This document shows, in pieces, positions 23,166 to 33,427 of a stretch of 64,000 bases of DNA (positions are counted from its first letter, which is position 1; every line of letters starts with the position of its first letter). The DNA lies in contig JAYQLI010000035.1 in NCBI GenBank assembly GCA_038143065.1, positions 1,472,894-1,536,893 of the forward strand, given 5' to 3'. The translations under genes and the position numbers were made by a program. The DNA comes from Rhodospirillales bacterium (GTDB taxonomy: Bacteria > Pseudomonadota > Alphaproteobacteria > Bin95). The notes below the pieces were generated by a model that was not told the DNA's origin, did no database searches, and worked only from the letters and a program-made list of their open reading frames with translations.

Positions 23166-23802
23166 GTGAAGCCGGCAAATCCGGAAATACACAGGAGCCC
23201 GAAGAGGTAGAGGAAACAGTTGAAGCTGAAGCCGAAACTGAAGCTCCCGCACCAGATGCCCAGGCTGCAGCAATTGCATTAGCTGAGCGCGTAAACGAGC
23301 TTGAGAACGAACTCAGTGAAGCAAAGGACGAGAGACTTCGAGCACTGGCTGAGGCTGAGAATGCACGACGAAGAGCCCAAAAAGACCGCGAAGAGGCGAA
23401 TCGTTACGGCGCATCTGGTCTAGCTCGTGATGTTGTCAGCGTCGCCGACAATCTTGCTCGTGCTCTCGCAGCGATGCCTGCAGACACAGAATCTGAAGCG
23501 GTAAAGAATTTAGCTTCTGGTGTCGAAATGGTGGAAAAAGAGCTAGCTCAAGCCTTATCTAAACATGGCGTTAAGGCTGTTGGTGAAATCGGGGATCATT
23601 TCGACCCAAATACCTGCCAAGCCGTTTTTGAAATGGAATCAGCAGATATACCTGCAGGCCACATCGCTCAGGTGATGCAAAAGGTTATATGCTTCATGAC
23701 CGTCTCATTAGACCCGCCATGGTTGGCGTGGCAAAATCGACCGGCGAAGCTTCAGAGCCCTCAGAAAAAGAGGACGATGCTCAAAACGAGAGCAACGAAT
23801 AG
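23162..23802 (+). CDS. grpE: Nucleotide exchange factor GrpE, with a frameshift near 23682
   Basis: [22 protein letters not shown] and FDPN..QAV. Shifted frame gives [19 protein letters not shown] start overlaps the hrcA stop. Confidence 0.95.
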
Positions 23803-23818
23803 TCGTTAAGGATCAATC

Positions 23819-25138
23819 ATGGCTCTGAACAGCCAGCGTTCGCGCCTGTTGCGGCTGGCGTGGCCAATAATGGTCTCTAACGTTACCGTGCCTTTAGTAG
23901 GGGCTACAGATGTCTTTGTGCTAGGACATCAGCCTAATCCAGCACTTCTTGCTGGATTAGGCCTTGGAACGGCGGCATTTAGTTTATCCTTGTTTTCCTT
24001 CAATTTTCTGCGAATGGGCACAACAGGCCCCACGTCGCAGGCTGTAGGTGCCGGCAATATGCTAGAGGCGCGCGCGATATTGTATCGCGCAACAGTTCTC
24101 GCTGTTTTGGTTGGCATCCTGCTGATTTTGATGCGCCCCCTGATTATTCAAGCAATGAATTTTGCTGCTCCAGCAGAGCCAACAGTGGAACAAGCAGCAG
24201 CAACCTACCTTCAAATACGCCTTATTGGTGCGCCTATGGCCCTAATTGAGATGGTTCTCGTGGGTTGGCTTTGGGCACTGCAGGATACTCGAAGCGCCTT
24301 ATACATTCAGTTAATGACAAATTTGGTGAACATCGCCCTGGATATTTGGTTTGTTCTCGGCCTGAATTGGGGCGTTGAAGGAGCAGCTATCGCGAGTGTT
24401 TTTGCCCATTTCTGTGGTGCATCTTTAGGGTGTTTGATCATTTGGAAAAGGCTCGGCGTTGATCGCTGGAAAGTATCACCAGGTATGTTTGCTTGGGACC
24501 GTGTTCGCGGAATGCTTCTAGTCAACAGGGATATCTTCATTCGCACAGTCTGTGTCGTTCTTGGACTTTTGTTATTTCGTTTAGAAGCCAACAGATTTGG
24601 TGCGGGCGCCGCAGCGAGCATAGAGCCCCTTTATCAGTTTTTGACAGTGACAGCCTACGCCCTGGATGGGGTTAGCCACGCCGTAGAACCCATGACAGGG
24701 GATGCTATTGGCCGTAAAGACCGCGGAGCACTTCGTGAGGCCGCTATTGCTGCTCTTCAAGCGGGTGGAATTTTAGCGTTTGTCATGTCGTTAGCACTGT
24801 TCATCTTAGGCCCAGAAATTATCTCATTTTTTACTATCATTCCCGAAGTAGTAGCCCTTGCTCAAGACTACTATCACTATGCCGCCATCCTCCCGTTCAT
24901 AGCGGTCTGGTGCTATCTTTTTGACGGAATGTTTTTAGGTGCTGCTCTGACATCTGTTTGCAGAAATGCAATGCTTCAAACTATGGCAGTCTATCTTGTC
25001 TGTTTATTCACCTTACCCCGCTGGCTCGGATTAGATGGACTCTGGATCGCCGTTATTGTCTTTATGGCGCTTAGAGGCGTGACGCTAGCCATGAAGTGGG
25101 AGCGCTTGCTAGGATCTGCTGATCGCACGCCTAATTGA
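23819..25138 (+). CDS. MATE family efflux transporter (DinF-like)
   Basis: LAWPIMVSNVTVPLVGATD, FLRMGTTG, NIALD.WFV..L.WGV.GAA.AS and YALDG. About 12 hydrophobic segments. Confidence 0.9.
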   Translation: MALNSQRSRLLRLAWPIMVSNVTVPLVGATDVFVLGHQPNPALLAGLGLGTAAFSLSLFSFNFLRMGTTGPTSQAVGAGNMLEARAILYRATVLAVLVGILLILMRPLIIQAMNFAAPAEPTVEQAAATYLQIRLIGAPMALIEMVLVGWLWALQDTRSALYIQLMTNLVNIALDIWFVLGLNWGVEGAAIASVFAHFCGASLGCLIIWKRLGVDRWKVSPGMFAWDRVRGMLLVNRDIFIRTVCVVLGLLLFRLEANRFGAGAAASIEPLYQFLTVTAYALDGVSHAVEPMTGDAIGRKDRGALREAAIAALQAGGILAFVMSLALFILGPEIISFFTIIPEVVALAQDYYHYAAILPFIAVWCYLFDGMFLGAALTSVCRNAMLQTMAVYLVCLFTLPRWLGLDGLWIAVIVFMALRGVTLAMKWERLLGSADRTPN

Positions 25139-25148
25139 GGACTTAGCC

Positions 25149-25931
25149 ATGGCCGAATATGAATACCTATCACTTGATCGTGAAGGTCCAATCACAATCG
25201 TAACAATAAATCGCCCTGAAGTTTACAATGCCCTGCATCCCCCTGCTCATTGGGAATTTGACAAAGTTTTCAACGATTTTCGTGATGACTCTAGCCAGTG
25301 GATAGCTATTATAACTGGTGCTGGAGACAAAGCTTTCTCGGCTGGAAACGACCTGAAGTATCAAGCCGAGGCAAAGGGCCCTCGAAATAGACCTGCAACG
25401 GGGTTTGCAGGCCTTACATTTAGATATGACTTAGATAAGCCAGTCATAGCTGCTGTTAATGGCTTTGCAATGGGTGGTGGTTTCGAGATAGCACTCGCAA
25501 CTGACATCATCGTCGCCTCCGAGAATGCTATCTTTGCTCTACCCGAACCCAGAGTCGGGCTAGCTGCCCTTGCAGGTGGCGTCCATCGTCTGCCACGTGC
25601 GATACCTATTAAACGAGCTATGGGCATGATGCTCACTGGGGGGCGTGTTTCAGCATCCGAAGGTCATATGCTTGGCTTTGTGAACGAGGTTACCCCTGTT
25701 GGCGAAGCATTAGAAGGAGCCAAGCGCTGGGCAGCCAAAATTATGGAATGTAGTCCAATGTCAATTCGAGCTACTAAGCAGGCATCAATGAGAGGGCTCG
25801 CAATGCCCACACTTCAAGATGCTATAGAAGCAACCTATCCAGCAGTGCGTGCCATGCTAGGCTCAGAAGACTACATTGAAGGTCCAAAGGCTTTTGCAGA
25901 AAAACGTTCGCCTAACTGGAAGGGACGTTAA
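25149..25931 (+). CDS. Enoyl-CoA hydratase/crotonase family protein (CaiD-like)
   Basis: INRPEVYNAL, FSAGNDL, KPVIAAVNGFAMGGGFEIAL, FALPEPRVG and EGPKAFAEKR.P.WKG. Confidence 0.92.
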   Translation: MAEYEYLSLDREGPITIVTINRPEVYNALHPPAHWEFDKVFNDFRDDSSQWIAIITGAGDKAFSAGNDLKYQAEAKGPRNRPATGFAGLTFRYDLDKPVIAAVNGFAMGGGFEIALATDIIVASENAIFALPEPRVGLAALAGGVHRLPRAIPIKRAMGMMLTGGRVSASEGHMLGFVNEVTPVGEALEGAKRWAAKIMECSPMSIRATKQASMRGLAMPTLQDAIEATYPAVRAMLGSEDYIEGPKAFAEKRSPNWKGR

Positions 25932-26057
25932 GCAAGAATCACGCGGCGTTCTCTGAACAGCAGAAAGTAACTGCTTAACCCGAAGATTTAAGATAGCTTA
26001 CAGAGAGTATTTACGAGTAACTTTACAATTCACAGTTCAGGCAAGGGATGCCAAGAA

Positions 26058-27842
26058 ATGAGCACTTCAGATTCCAGCAAGAAAAACCTTCGTTCCCAAG
26101 AATGGTTTAATGACACTACTGATCCGGGGATGACGGCTCTATACATTGAGCGTTATATGAATTGGGGTGTTACAAGGGAAGAATTGCAATCGGGCAAACC
26201 TATAATCGGCATTGCAATGACAGGGTCGGACCTCTCTCCTTGCAATAGAAGTCACGTTGAATTGGCGGATCGGTATAAGGCTGGAATTCGAGACAAAGGG
26301 GGCATTCCTTTCGTATTTCCAACCCACCCAATTCAGGAAACTGGGAAGCGGCCAACGGCGGCACTCGATAGAAATCTCGCGTATCTGAGTTTAGTTGAAG
26401 TACTACAAGGCTACCCATTAGATGGGGTCATCCTTACTGGAGGCTGCGATAAAACAACCCCTTTCCTGGTTATGGCCGCTGCAACTGTCGATATTCCAGC
26501 AATTCTGTTGAACTCAGGCCCAATGCTGGATGGATGGTACAAAGGTCAACGTGCTGGCTCAGGCACCATCGTTTGGAAAGCCCGCGAAATGCTTGCTGCG
26601 GGTGAAATCGAATGGGAAGAGTTTATCGAGATGGTTGCAGCTTCTGCCCGCTCACCAGGGCACTGCAACACGATGGGCACCGCACTCTCAACCAATTCAC
26701 TCATCGAAGCACTGGGGATGACACTCCCAGGTACAGCTGCAATTCCCGCTCCTTACAAAGAACGCGGTCAAGCTGCTTACTTAACCGGCAAGCGCATTGT
26801 AGAAATGGTCTGGGAGGATCTCAAACCTTCGCAAATATTGACCCGAGAAGCATTTTTAAATGCGATAGCTGTAAACACGCTTATTGGTGGGTCTACCAAT
26901 TGCCCAATCCATTTGAACGCAATAGCACGCCATGCAGGTGTTGATCTTACAATCCAAGATTGGGAAGACCATGGGTATGACCTGCCATTAATCGTAAATT
27001 GCCAGCCCGCCGGTGAATTCCTCGGTGAAGGCTATTTCGCGGCCGGGGGTGTGCCCGCCGTAGTTAATGAGTTGATGAAAATTGGCCGTATCCACGAAAA
27101 TGCCATAACGGTGAACGGCAAAACAATCGGTGAAAATTGTAAAGGCTCAGAAATTCTGGACCAGGACGTTATCAAAACAATAGACGCTCCAATGAAGGCT
27201 CAGTCAGGCTTCCTTGTTATGCGAGGAAATCTTTTTGACAGCGCCATAATGAAAACGTCTGTAATTTCGGAAAGCTTCCGCAAGCGTTTTCTATCACGTC
27301 CAGGACACGAAAATATTTTTGAAGGCCGTGCCATCGTGTTTGATGGACCGGAGGACTACCACAAAAATATCAATAACCCTGACCTAAATATTGATGAAAA
27401 TTGCATTCTTGTTATTCGTGGAACCGGGCCTGTGGGCTATCCTGGATCAGCCGAAGTGGTAAACATGCAACCACCTGATGCCCTCATAAAAGCCGGCATT
27501 AAAGAACTTCCTTGTATTGGAGATGGTAGACAAAGCGGCACCTCAGGAAGTCCTTCTATCTTAAATGCCAGCCCAGAAAGTGCTGCCGGCGGTGGTCTTG
27601 CACTATTAAAAATGCATGACGTGTTAAGAGTTGATCTTAATGCACGTACTGTTGATATGTTGATTGACGACGCTGAATTAGAGCGAAGAAAAGCAGCATC
27701 TCCCCCAGCGATTCCTGAGAATCAAACTCCTTGGCAAGAAATCTACAGGAATGGCGTAGGTCATCTTAGTGAGGGCGGTGTGCTAGAGGCCGCAGTTAAG
27801 TATCAGAAAACTTCAAAAGCATCGCCGCGGCATTCGCATTGA
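26058..27842 (+). CDS. xylD: IlvD/Edd-family sugar-acid dehydratase, D-xylonate dehydratase-like
   Basis: [37 protein letters not shown] and C-terminal PRHSH. As recalled, it closely follows Caulobacter XylD. Substrate not proven. Confidence 0.8.
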   Translation: MSTSDSSKKNLRSQEWFNDTTDPGMTALYIERYMNWGVTREELQSGKPIIGIAMTGSDLSPCNRSHVELADRYKAGIRDKGGIPFVFPTHPIQETGKRPTAALDRNLAYLSLVEVLQGYPLDGVILTGGCDKTTPFLVMAAATVDIPAILLNSGPMLDGWYKGQRAGSGTIVWKAREMLAAGEIEWEEFIEMVAASARSPGHCNTMGTALSTNSLIEALGMTLPGTAAIPAPYKERGQAAYLTGKRIVEMVWEDLKPSQILTREAFLNAIAVNTLIGGSTNCPIHLNAIARHAGVDLTIQDWEDHGYDLPLIVNCQPAGEFLGEGYFAAGGVPAVVNELMKIGRIHENAITVNGKTIGENCKGSEILDQDVIKTIDAPMKAQSGFLVMRGNLFDSAIMKTSVISESFRKRFLSRPGHENIFEGRAIVFDGPEDYHKNINNPDLNIDENCILVIRGTGPVGYPGSAEVVNMQPPDALIKAGIKELPCIGDGRQSGTSGSPSILNASPESAAGGGLALLKMHDVLRVDLNARTVDMLIDDAELERRKAASPPAIPENQTPWQEIYRNGVGHLSEGGVLEAAVKYQKTSKASPRHSH

Positions 27843-28933
27843 TGCCTAAGATTGTAGCTGCTGAGTCCCATCTCTTTGAACTACCCCTCCCAGAGAAAAT
27901 GGGTGATGCAAAGCATGGACTACATGAACATTTTGAGCTGCCCATAATCCGGTTAACCACAGATAATGGCATAGAGGGAGTAGGTTATACCTACACTGGC
28001 GGTGTCGGAGGGCGCGCCATCCTTGCACACCTCAAACATGACCTAACGCCCATGCTTTTAGGTATGGAAACGCAAGATATCCAAGGCCTGTTTGAGGCAA
28101 TGTATTGGAAAACCCACTATGTAGGCCGTGGAGGTGCTGCAGGCTTTGCGATCTCCGCTGTGGACATCGCGCTTTGGGACCTGAAAGGAAAAAGCGAAGG
28201 CCGCTCCCTAGTCCAATTAGCCGGAGGCAGTAGTAGAACAACGCGAGCTTACGCTGGTGGTATAGATTTGAATTTTTCTACCGAGAAACTGCTTTCAAAC
28301 GTACAAGGATATCTCAACCGCGGCTTCGAAGCCGTGAAAATCAAAGTAGGCCGTCCTGATTTAGCAGAGGATAAAGCTCGCGTTGCTGCCATAAGAGCTT
28401 TAATTGGACCCGATAGGGCGTTGATGGTTGACGCTAATTACGGCTTTTCCAGAGATGAGGCTAAGGCTGCTTCTGATGCCTTTGCACCCTATGACGTTCT
28501 TTGGTTTGAAGAACCAATCGACCCAGAGGACATTGAGGGGTACGCCTGGCTTGCAGAGAAAACTTCAATACCTCTAGCACAAGGTGAAAACCTCCACTCC
28601 ACGAATGAATTTCGCCAAGTGATCAAAAATGCCAAAGTTACTTATATCCAACCAGATGCGAGCAATTGTGGAGGCATAAGTGGTTGGCTAGAAGTCGCTC
28701 TCATGGCAAAAAAAGCTGGCCTCACTGTTTGCAGCCACGGCATGCAAGAACTTCACGTCAGCCTCATGTCTTCACAAGCACACGCCGGATGGATGGAGGT
28801 ACATAGCTTCCCTATTGAAGCTTACACGAAACGGCAAATACATCTGGAAAACGGTCTTGCTGTTGCCCCATACGAACCAGGGATTGGCGTGGAATTTATT
28901 TGGGAAAAATTAGTCCCATTTGAGATTAACTAA
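27842..28933 (+). CDS. Mandelate racemase/muconate lactonizing enzyme family (enolase superfamily) protein
   Basis: AISAVDIALWD, KIK, MVDAN, FEEP, GEN, QPD and SH. ATG overlaps the upstream TGA. Confidence 0.9.
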   Translation: MPKIVAAESHLFELPLPEKMGDAKHGLHEHFELPIIRLTTDNGIEGVGYTYTGGVGGRAILAHLKHDLTPMLLGMETQDIQGLFEAMYWKTHYVGRGGAAGFAISAVDIALWDLKGKSEGRSLVQLAGGSSRTTRAYAGGIDLNFSTEKLLSNVQGYLNRGFEAVKIKVGRPDLAEDKARVAAIRALIGPDRALMVDANYGFSRDEAKAASDAFAPYDVLWFEEPIDPEDIEGYAWLAEKTSIPLAQGENLHSTNEFRQVIKNAKVTYIQPDASNCGGISGWLEVALMAKKAGLTVCSHGMQELHVSLMSSQAHAGWMEVHSFPIEAYTKRQIHLENGLAVAPYEPGIGVEFIWEKLVPFEIN

Positions 28934-29015
28934 AACAAAATGAGGCTTCTTTAAAATTATCTGATGGCCGCTTTGTTTGCAGTGCCCAGAGTTATCCGTG
29001 GCTTTGAAAGGCAAA

Positions 29016-29687
29016 TCACTTAGGCCTCTGTTGTGGACCGTAAGTTCCAAACTTTGCGACCACGCGCTCAATTTCATCATCTGGAAGAATTGATGGTTTT
29101 CCCAATAACATCGATAAATGAAATTGCTTTGCTAGAGTTTCCACTTCACCTGCAAGCCAAAGCGCTCGTGATAAATTTTTTCCACATGCGATAACGCCGT
29201 GATGCCTCAAGATACACGCATGACGGCCTTCCAAAGCTTCAACTGCGTATTCTGAGAGCTCTGCTGTCCCAAATGTAGCGTAAGGTGCACAACGAATTGT
29301 AGGCCCGCCAGCTGCAGCAATCATGTAATGAACGGCAGGAATATCCAAACCCTTAATTGCGATAGTAGTGGCGTACATCGAATGCGTGTGAACTATCGCC
29401 CCAACATCAGAGCGCTCTCTCATAATATCCACATGGAAACGCCATTCACTGGAAGGCTTCAAACCTTCCTTTGCCTCAAATGATCCATCAAATTTCATAA
29501 AGACAATGTCTTCGGGTAACAGCTCCTTGTAAGGAATACCTGAAGGAGTGACGAGCAGACCATCTTTCCATCTAGCCGAAACATTGCCGGATGTCCCTTG
29601 ATTAATCCGCAAAGAATTCATTTCGAGGCACGTATCAATTACATCCTGGCGCAACAAGCGCTCGGCCTTTGTGATGCGTTTAGGCAT
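29016..29687 (-). CDS. Class II aldolase/adducin family protein (FucA/Ald2-like)
   Basis: GTSGNVS, TPSG, PSSEWRFH, HTHS, YATFGT and LRHHG zinc-binding motifs. Confidence 0.9.
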   Translation of the reverse strand: MPKRITKAERLLRQDVIDTCLEMNSLRINQGTSGNVSARWKDGLLVTPSGIPYKELLPEDIVFMKFDGSFEAKEGLKPSSEWRFHVDIMRERSDVGAIVHTHSMYATTIAIKGLDIPAVHYMIAAAGGPTIRCAPYATFGTAELSEYAVEALEGRHACILRHHGVIACGKNLSRALWLAGEVETLAKQFHLSMLLGKPSILPDDEIERVVAKFGTYGPQQRPK

Positions 29688-29816
29688 AAATTAAACCCAC
29701 AGACTTGGCATTGAGACATGATAAAAAACACGTAATTCGTTAACAGTCTAGTTACATACTTTCTGCTAAAGTCTCTCAGCTACACTGACTGATGATTGTG
29801 AAACCGGAGTTACGTT

Positions 29817-31147
29817 ATGCCCGAGATGAAAGACTGCCGTGGCCTAACGGTTACAATGAGTGGACCGGATGCCTTAGCCGCCCATGAGGAACTCACTAAC
29901 GCTTACCTAGGGTTTAAGGTGAATACCGGCGATTGCCTAAAAAAAGCGTTAAACGTTGATGCTGAGGCACCAATGCACCAAGCAATGGCTGGGTACATTT
30001 TTCTCTTGATGGCATTAAAACCAATGGTTTCACGAGCTAATACCGCATCCAAAAAGGCAACTGAATTGGCTGAGCAGCGAGGGAACGCGCGCGAAAAACT
30101 TCACGCGGCCGCTCTCGCAAAATGGTGTGCGGGAGATATCACTGGTGCAGCTGATCGACGCGAAGCTCTACTGATTGAATGGCCAAAACATATTCTGGCG
30201 ATCAAGCTGGCCCATTATTTGCATTTCTACAAAGGAGACGTAGTTGAGCATCGCGATTCGTTGGCTCGAGTAATGCCAGCTTGGAGCCTTGGCATGCCAG
30301 GCTATTCAGCCGTGCTTGGCATGCGTGCTTTCGGACTTGAAGAAGCTGGGCACTACGAAGAAGCAGAACGGATTGGGCGGCGCGCAGTTGACTTAGACCC
30401 CGAAGATACATGGGCAATCCATTCGGTAGCTCATGTTCTTGAGATGCAAGGACGTCATCAAGAAGGAATTGAATGGATCGATCGTAACGCTGATGAATGG
30501 GACGGCAAGATTCATAGTTTTGCCAACCATGTATGGTGGCATAAGGCTCTTTATCACCTTGAACTTGGGCAATATGAGGAAGTTTTATCCCTCTATGACA
30601 ACCGGTTTTACTCTGAATTATCGGACGATGGTTTAGACATAGCGAATGCCAGTTCAATGCTAATGCGGCTTCGCCTCCACGGGATTGATGTCAGCGATCG
30701 TTTCGAACACCTTGCTGACGTGATTATAAAAAATAAGCTGGAAGAAGCGTTATTGCCGTTCAACGACCTCCATTACAGCCTGGCATTAGCTGGTGCTGGC
30801 AAGCCAGAAGCTAAATTACTTTCAGAACGGATCTGTAAAGAAGACCGGAAAACACACTGGGGGCAGTTTATCGCGATGTTGGTGCCCCTCTGAGCCAAGG
30901 CCTTGTTGCTTACGGAAATGGTGACTTCAGGGGAGCAATCGAGGTATTGAACCCAATCCGGTATTCCTGGTCTCGAATCGGGGGCAGTCACGCGCAGAGG
31001 GATATTTTCCAGCAGGTCTTAATTGATGCTGCAATGAAAGCCGAAGACTGGGCCTTAGCCAATTCACTTTTGGCAGAACGGACAGCCCTTCGACCGAATA
31101 GCCATGAAACGCACCGCCGTGCAGAACAAGTGGCTTCAGCACTATAG
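29817..31147 (+). CDS. TTC38-like tetratricopeptide repeat protein, with a frameshift near 30861
   Basis: GMRAFGLEEAG, D.WAIHSVAHVLEM, H.WWH.AL, FNDLH and IGGSHAQRD. Adding one G at the G-run joins the two ORFs. Confidence 0.8.
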
Positions 31148-31159
31148 GGTTAATTAACT

Positions 31160-31750
31160 GTGCGACTTTTTTCTGCCATCGAATTGCCCACTCAGTACCG
31201 AAGTGCCCTTTCAAAACTTCAACAGAATTTTGAAGGCGCAAGATGGGTTCCAGAGAGTAATTTGCACATTACACTTCGCTTTTTCGGTGAAGTTAATGGC
31301 CGGCAAGCAGAAGATTTAGCTTATGAACTGCAACGCATAGATATGCCCTCCTTTGAGATAATGGCAAAAGGCACTGGGCAATTTTCAGGGAGAACAGGCG
31401 TTAAGGCTCTCTGGGTAGGGCTAGCGCCTCAGGACACACTCAAGGGCCTTAACAACATAGTAGAAAGGGCAAGCCGCAAAGCTGGCCTGAAACCTGAGCG
31501 CCAAAGCTATCGCCCGCATATTACGATTGCACGTTTCAATAGTCCTCCAGACCCAGAGAAAGTTCGTAATTTTCTGGAGCGTCACGCAAATTTAAGCCTT
31601 GAGCCATTCAGAATTTCTGGATTTTCTCTATTTTCTTCAGAGTTAAGAAAGTCGGGCGCTTTATATCGACTAGAAGCTGATTTCCCATTCTCAGACGCCG
31701 GTCTGGGTGACACACCATTTTTTGGCGCGTGGGATAATAAGCAAGCATAG
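31160..31750 (+). CDS. thpR: RNA 2',3'-cyclic phosphodiesterase (2H family, LigT-like)
   Basis: RLFSAI with two HxT motifs (NLHITLRFFG and YRPHITIAR), then LFSSEL...GALY. Confidence 0.92.
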   Translation: MRLFSAIELPTQYRSALSKLQQNFEGARWVPESNLHITLRFFGEVNGRQAEDLAYELQRIDMPSFEIMAKGTGQFSGRTGVKALWVGLAPQDTLKGLNNIVERASRKAGLKPERQSYRPHITIARFNSPPDPEKVRNFLERHANLSLEPFRISGFSLFSSELRKSGALYRLEADFPFSDAGLGDTPFFGAWDNKQA

Positions 31751-31762
31751 ACACATTATGGC

Positions 31763-32278
31763 TTAATTAGAGCCCCCGAGTATTTCTTTAAACTCTGCAA
31801 GCTTGTCTTCGCTGAATAGTACGAAAATTATCTGCTCAATCGTGGGCAATCTCTCTAGTTCCATCATAGTTGATGCAATGCAATGCGTGACGCACGCTTA
31901 AATGGGAATCCATAAGCGCCAGTAGAAATCGCTGGAAAGGCCAAACTCTTGCAATGGTTTTCTGCTGCAATTCTTAGCGAATTTCGATAACAGGCCGATA
32001 AGGTTGGGTCATCATCGCGGGCTCCTGAATAGATTGGTCCCACAGTGTGTATTACATAGCGCGCAGGAAGGTCGTAGCCCTTGGTAATCCTAGCCTCTCC
32101 AGTAGGACAACCACCGAAGTTTCTGCATTCTGCCAAAAGCTTCGGGCCAGCCGCGCGGTGGATCGCGCCATCGACGCCCCCCTCCTAAAAGAGTTTCATT
32201 TGCCGCATTAACAATCGCATCTACGTTTAAACGGGTGATATCCCCCGCGATGCAAGAAATTCGTTCTACATCACTCAC
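31763..32278 (-). CDS. Macrodomain O-acetyl-ADP-ribose deacetylase (YmdB-like), with frameshifts near 32178 and 31880
   Basis: GDIT...[13 protein letters not shown](G)[30 protein letters not shown] and [14 protein letters not shown]-terminal IEQIIFVLF in the shifted frame. Confidence 0.9.
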
Positions 32279-33159
32279 TCAAAAACTGCCCACTCAGGCT
32301 TACTCGGCCATATACGAGCTGCACTGGTTACAAACGGTTCACCAGCATCCCTTGCAGCTCTCCATGCATCAAGTCTAACGAGGGCAAGACCTGTTTCACC
32401 AACATGGGAGCGCATCTCTCCAGCGTCCTTTCCCAAATACTGAATAACTTCTCCTTCCTCTGGAGCTTCTCCTTCAATGCGAACTGCCATTAAACGACGC
32501 TTAACAAGACCCCTATATCGTGTCCGGGCAGTCAACTCTTGCCCGACATAACAACCCTTTTTCCAGTCAACACCATTTAATTCGTCAAATCCATTTTCCA
32601 GCAAGAAGCCTCGATCAACCAAGATATCTGACGACCCTTCTGGCACGCCAAGCGAAAGTCGGTATGCCCGATATGCGTCAGCTGCACTTTCTGAAAAAGG
32701 TGCTGCTAATTTAACAGCATCAGGGCCAACAAGACGAGTTCCAAGATCTTTCAATCGAGGGTCTATATACGCGGTTGCGCCGTCGAATAACTTTGCTGAA
32801 CCTGGCTTGTTACCAATTCCAAAAGGGTCTTGACCCCATAGCACAACACATTGCCAATCACTCAACTTTGTAATTTCTGCTTGTGCCCTCAAACGATATA
32901 CCTTCAAGCGCTTTACAAGATCGTCAACACGGGAGGTCTCGCATTCCAAAACGAGGCCGTCATCCAGTGATGTCAGAAATAAGTCATGTAAATATTTACC
33001 TTGGGGGGTAAGCAGGGCTCCATAACCAGCTCGCTCAGTCGTGACTTTTTCTACATCTTGAGAAAGAAGTCCCTGCAACAGGCTACGTGAATCTGTTCCA
33101 GTTACAGCCACAAAGGCTCGATCCTCTCTTAAAGCTTTTGTAACTGTATTATCCGCCAT
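32275..33159 (-). CDS. ygfZ: Folate-binding protein YgfZ (GcvT family)
   Basis: Signature KGCYVGQE, plus LQGLLSQD and LTPQGK. Its stop overlaps the macrodomain GTG start. Confidence 0.92.
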   Translation of the reverse strand: MADNTVTKALREDRAFVAVTGTDSRSLLQGLLSQDVEKVTTERAGYGALLTPQGKYLHDLFLTSLDDGLVLECETSRVDDLVKRLKVYRLRAQAEITKLSDWQCVVLWGQDPFGIGNKPGSAKLFDGATAYIDPRLKDLGTRLVGPDAVKLAAPFSESAADAYRAYRLSLGVPEGSSDILVDRGFLLENGFDELNGVDWKKGCYVGQELTARTRYRGLVKRRLMAVRIEGEAPEEGEVIQYLGKDAGEMRSHVGETGLALVRLDAWRAARDAGEPFVTSAARIWPSKPEWAVFE

Positions 33160-33427
33160 ACTGCTTGGCCTCCCCATTTTTCCACTCTCATTGGGCGTTG
33201 GGTCACAAGAAAACTTGGTAAGTATCAATAAAAAGTTCTGGCAAAAAAGTATTCTATTCTGAGAAATAATCTAATTGGAATCTCTAAGTGTCCTACCTGT
33301 ATTTTGTCATTCACTTTGTATTTGCAATAATATGTTTAAACATTTTTACAGCCCGCGCTGTGTATTGCTAAGGCTGTGCGATAGTTTACTTAAATCTCCT
33401 ACACGAGAAAATGGGGTGGTTGGGCTC

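Noticed and set aside
23162-23802. grpE not followed by dnaK
   Set aside because: hrcA-grpE separated from dnaKJ is frequent in this class.
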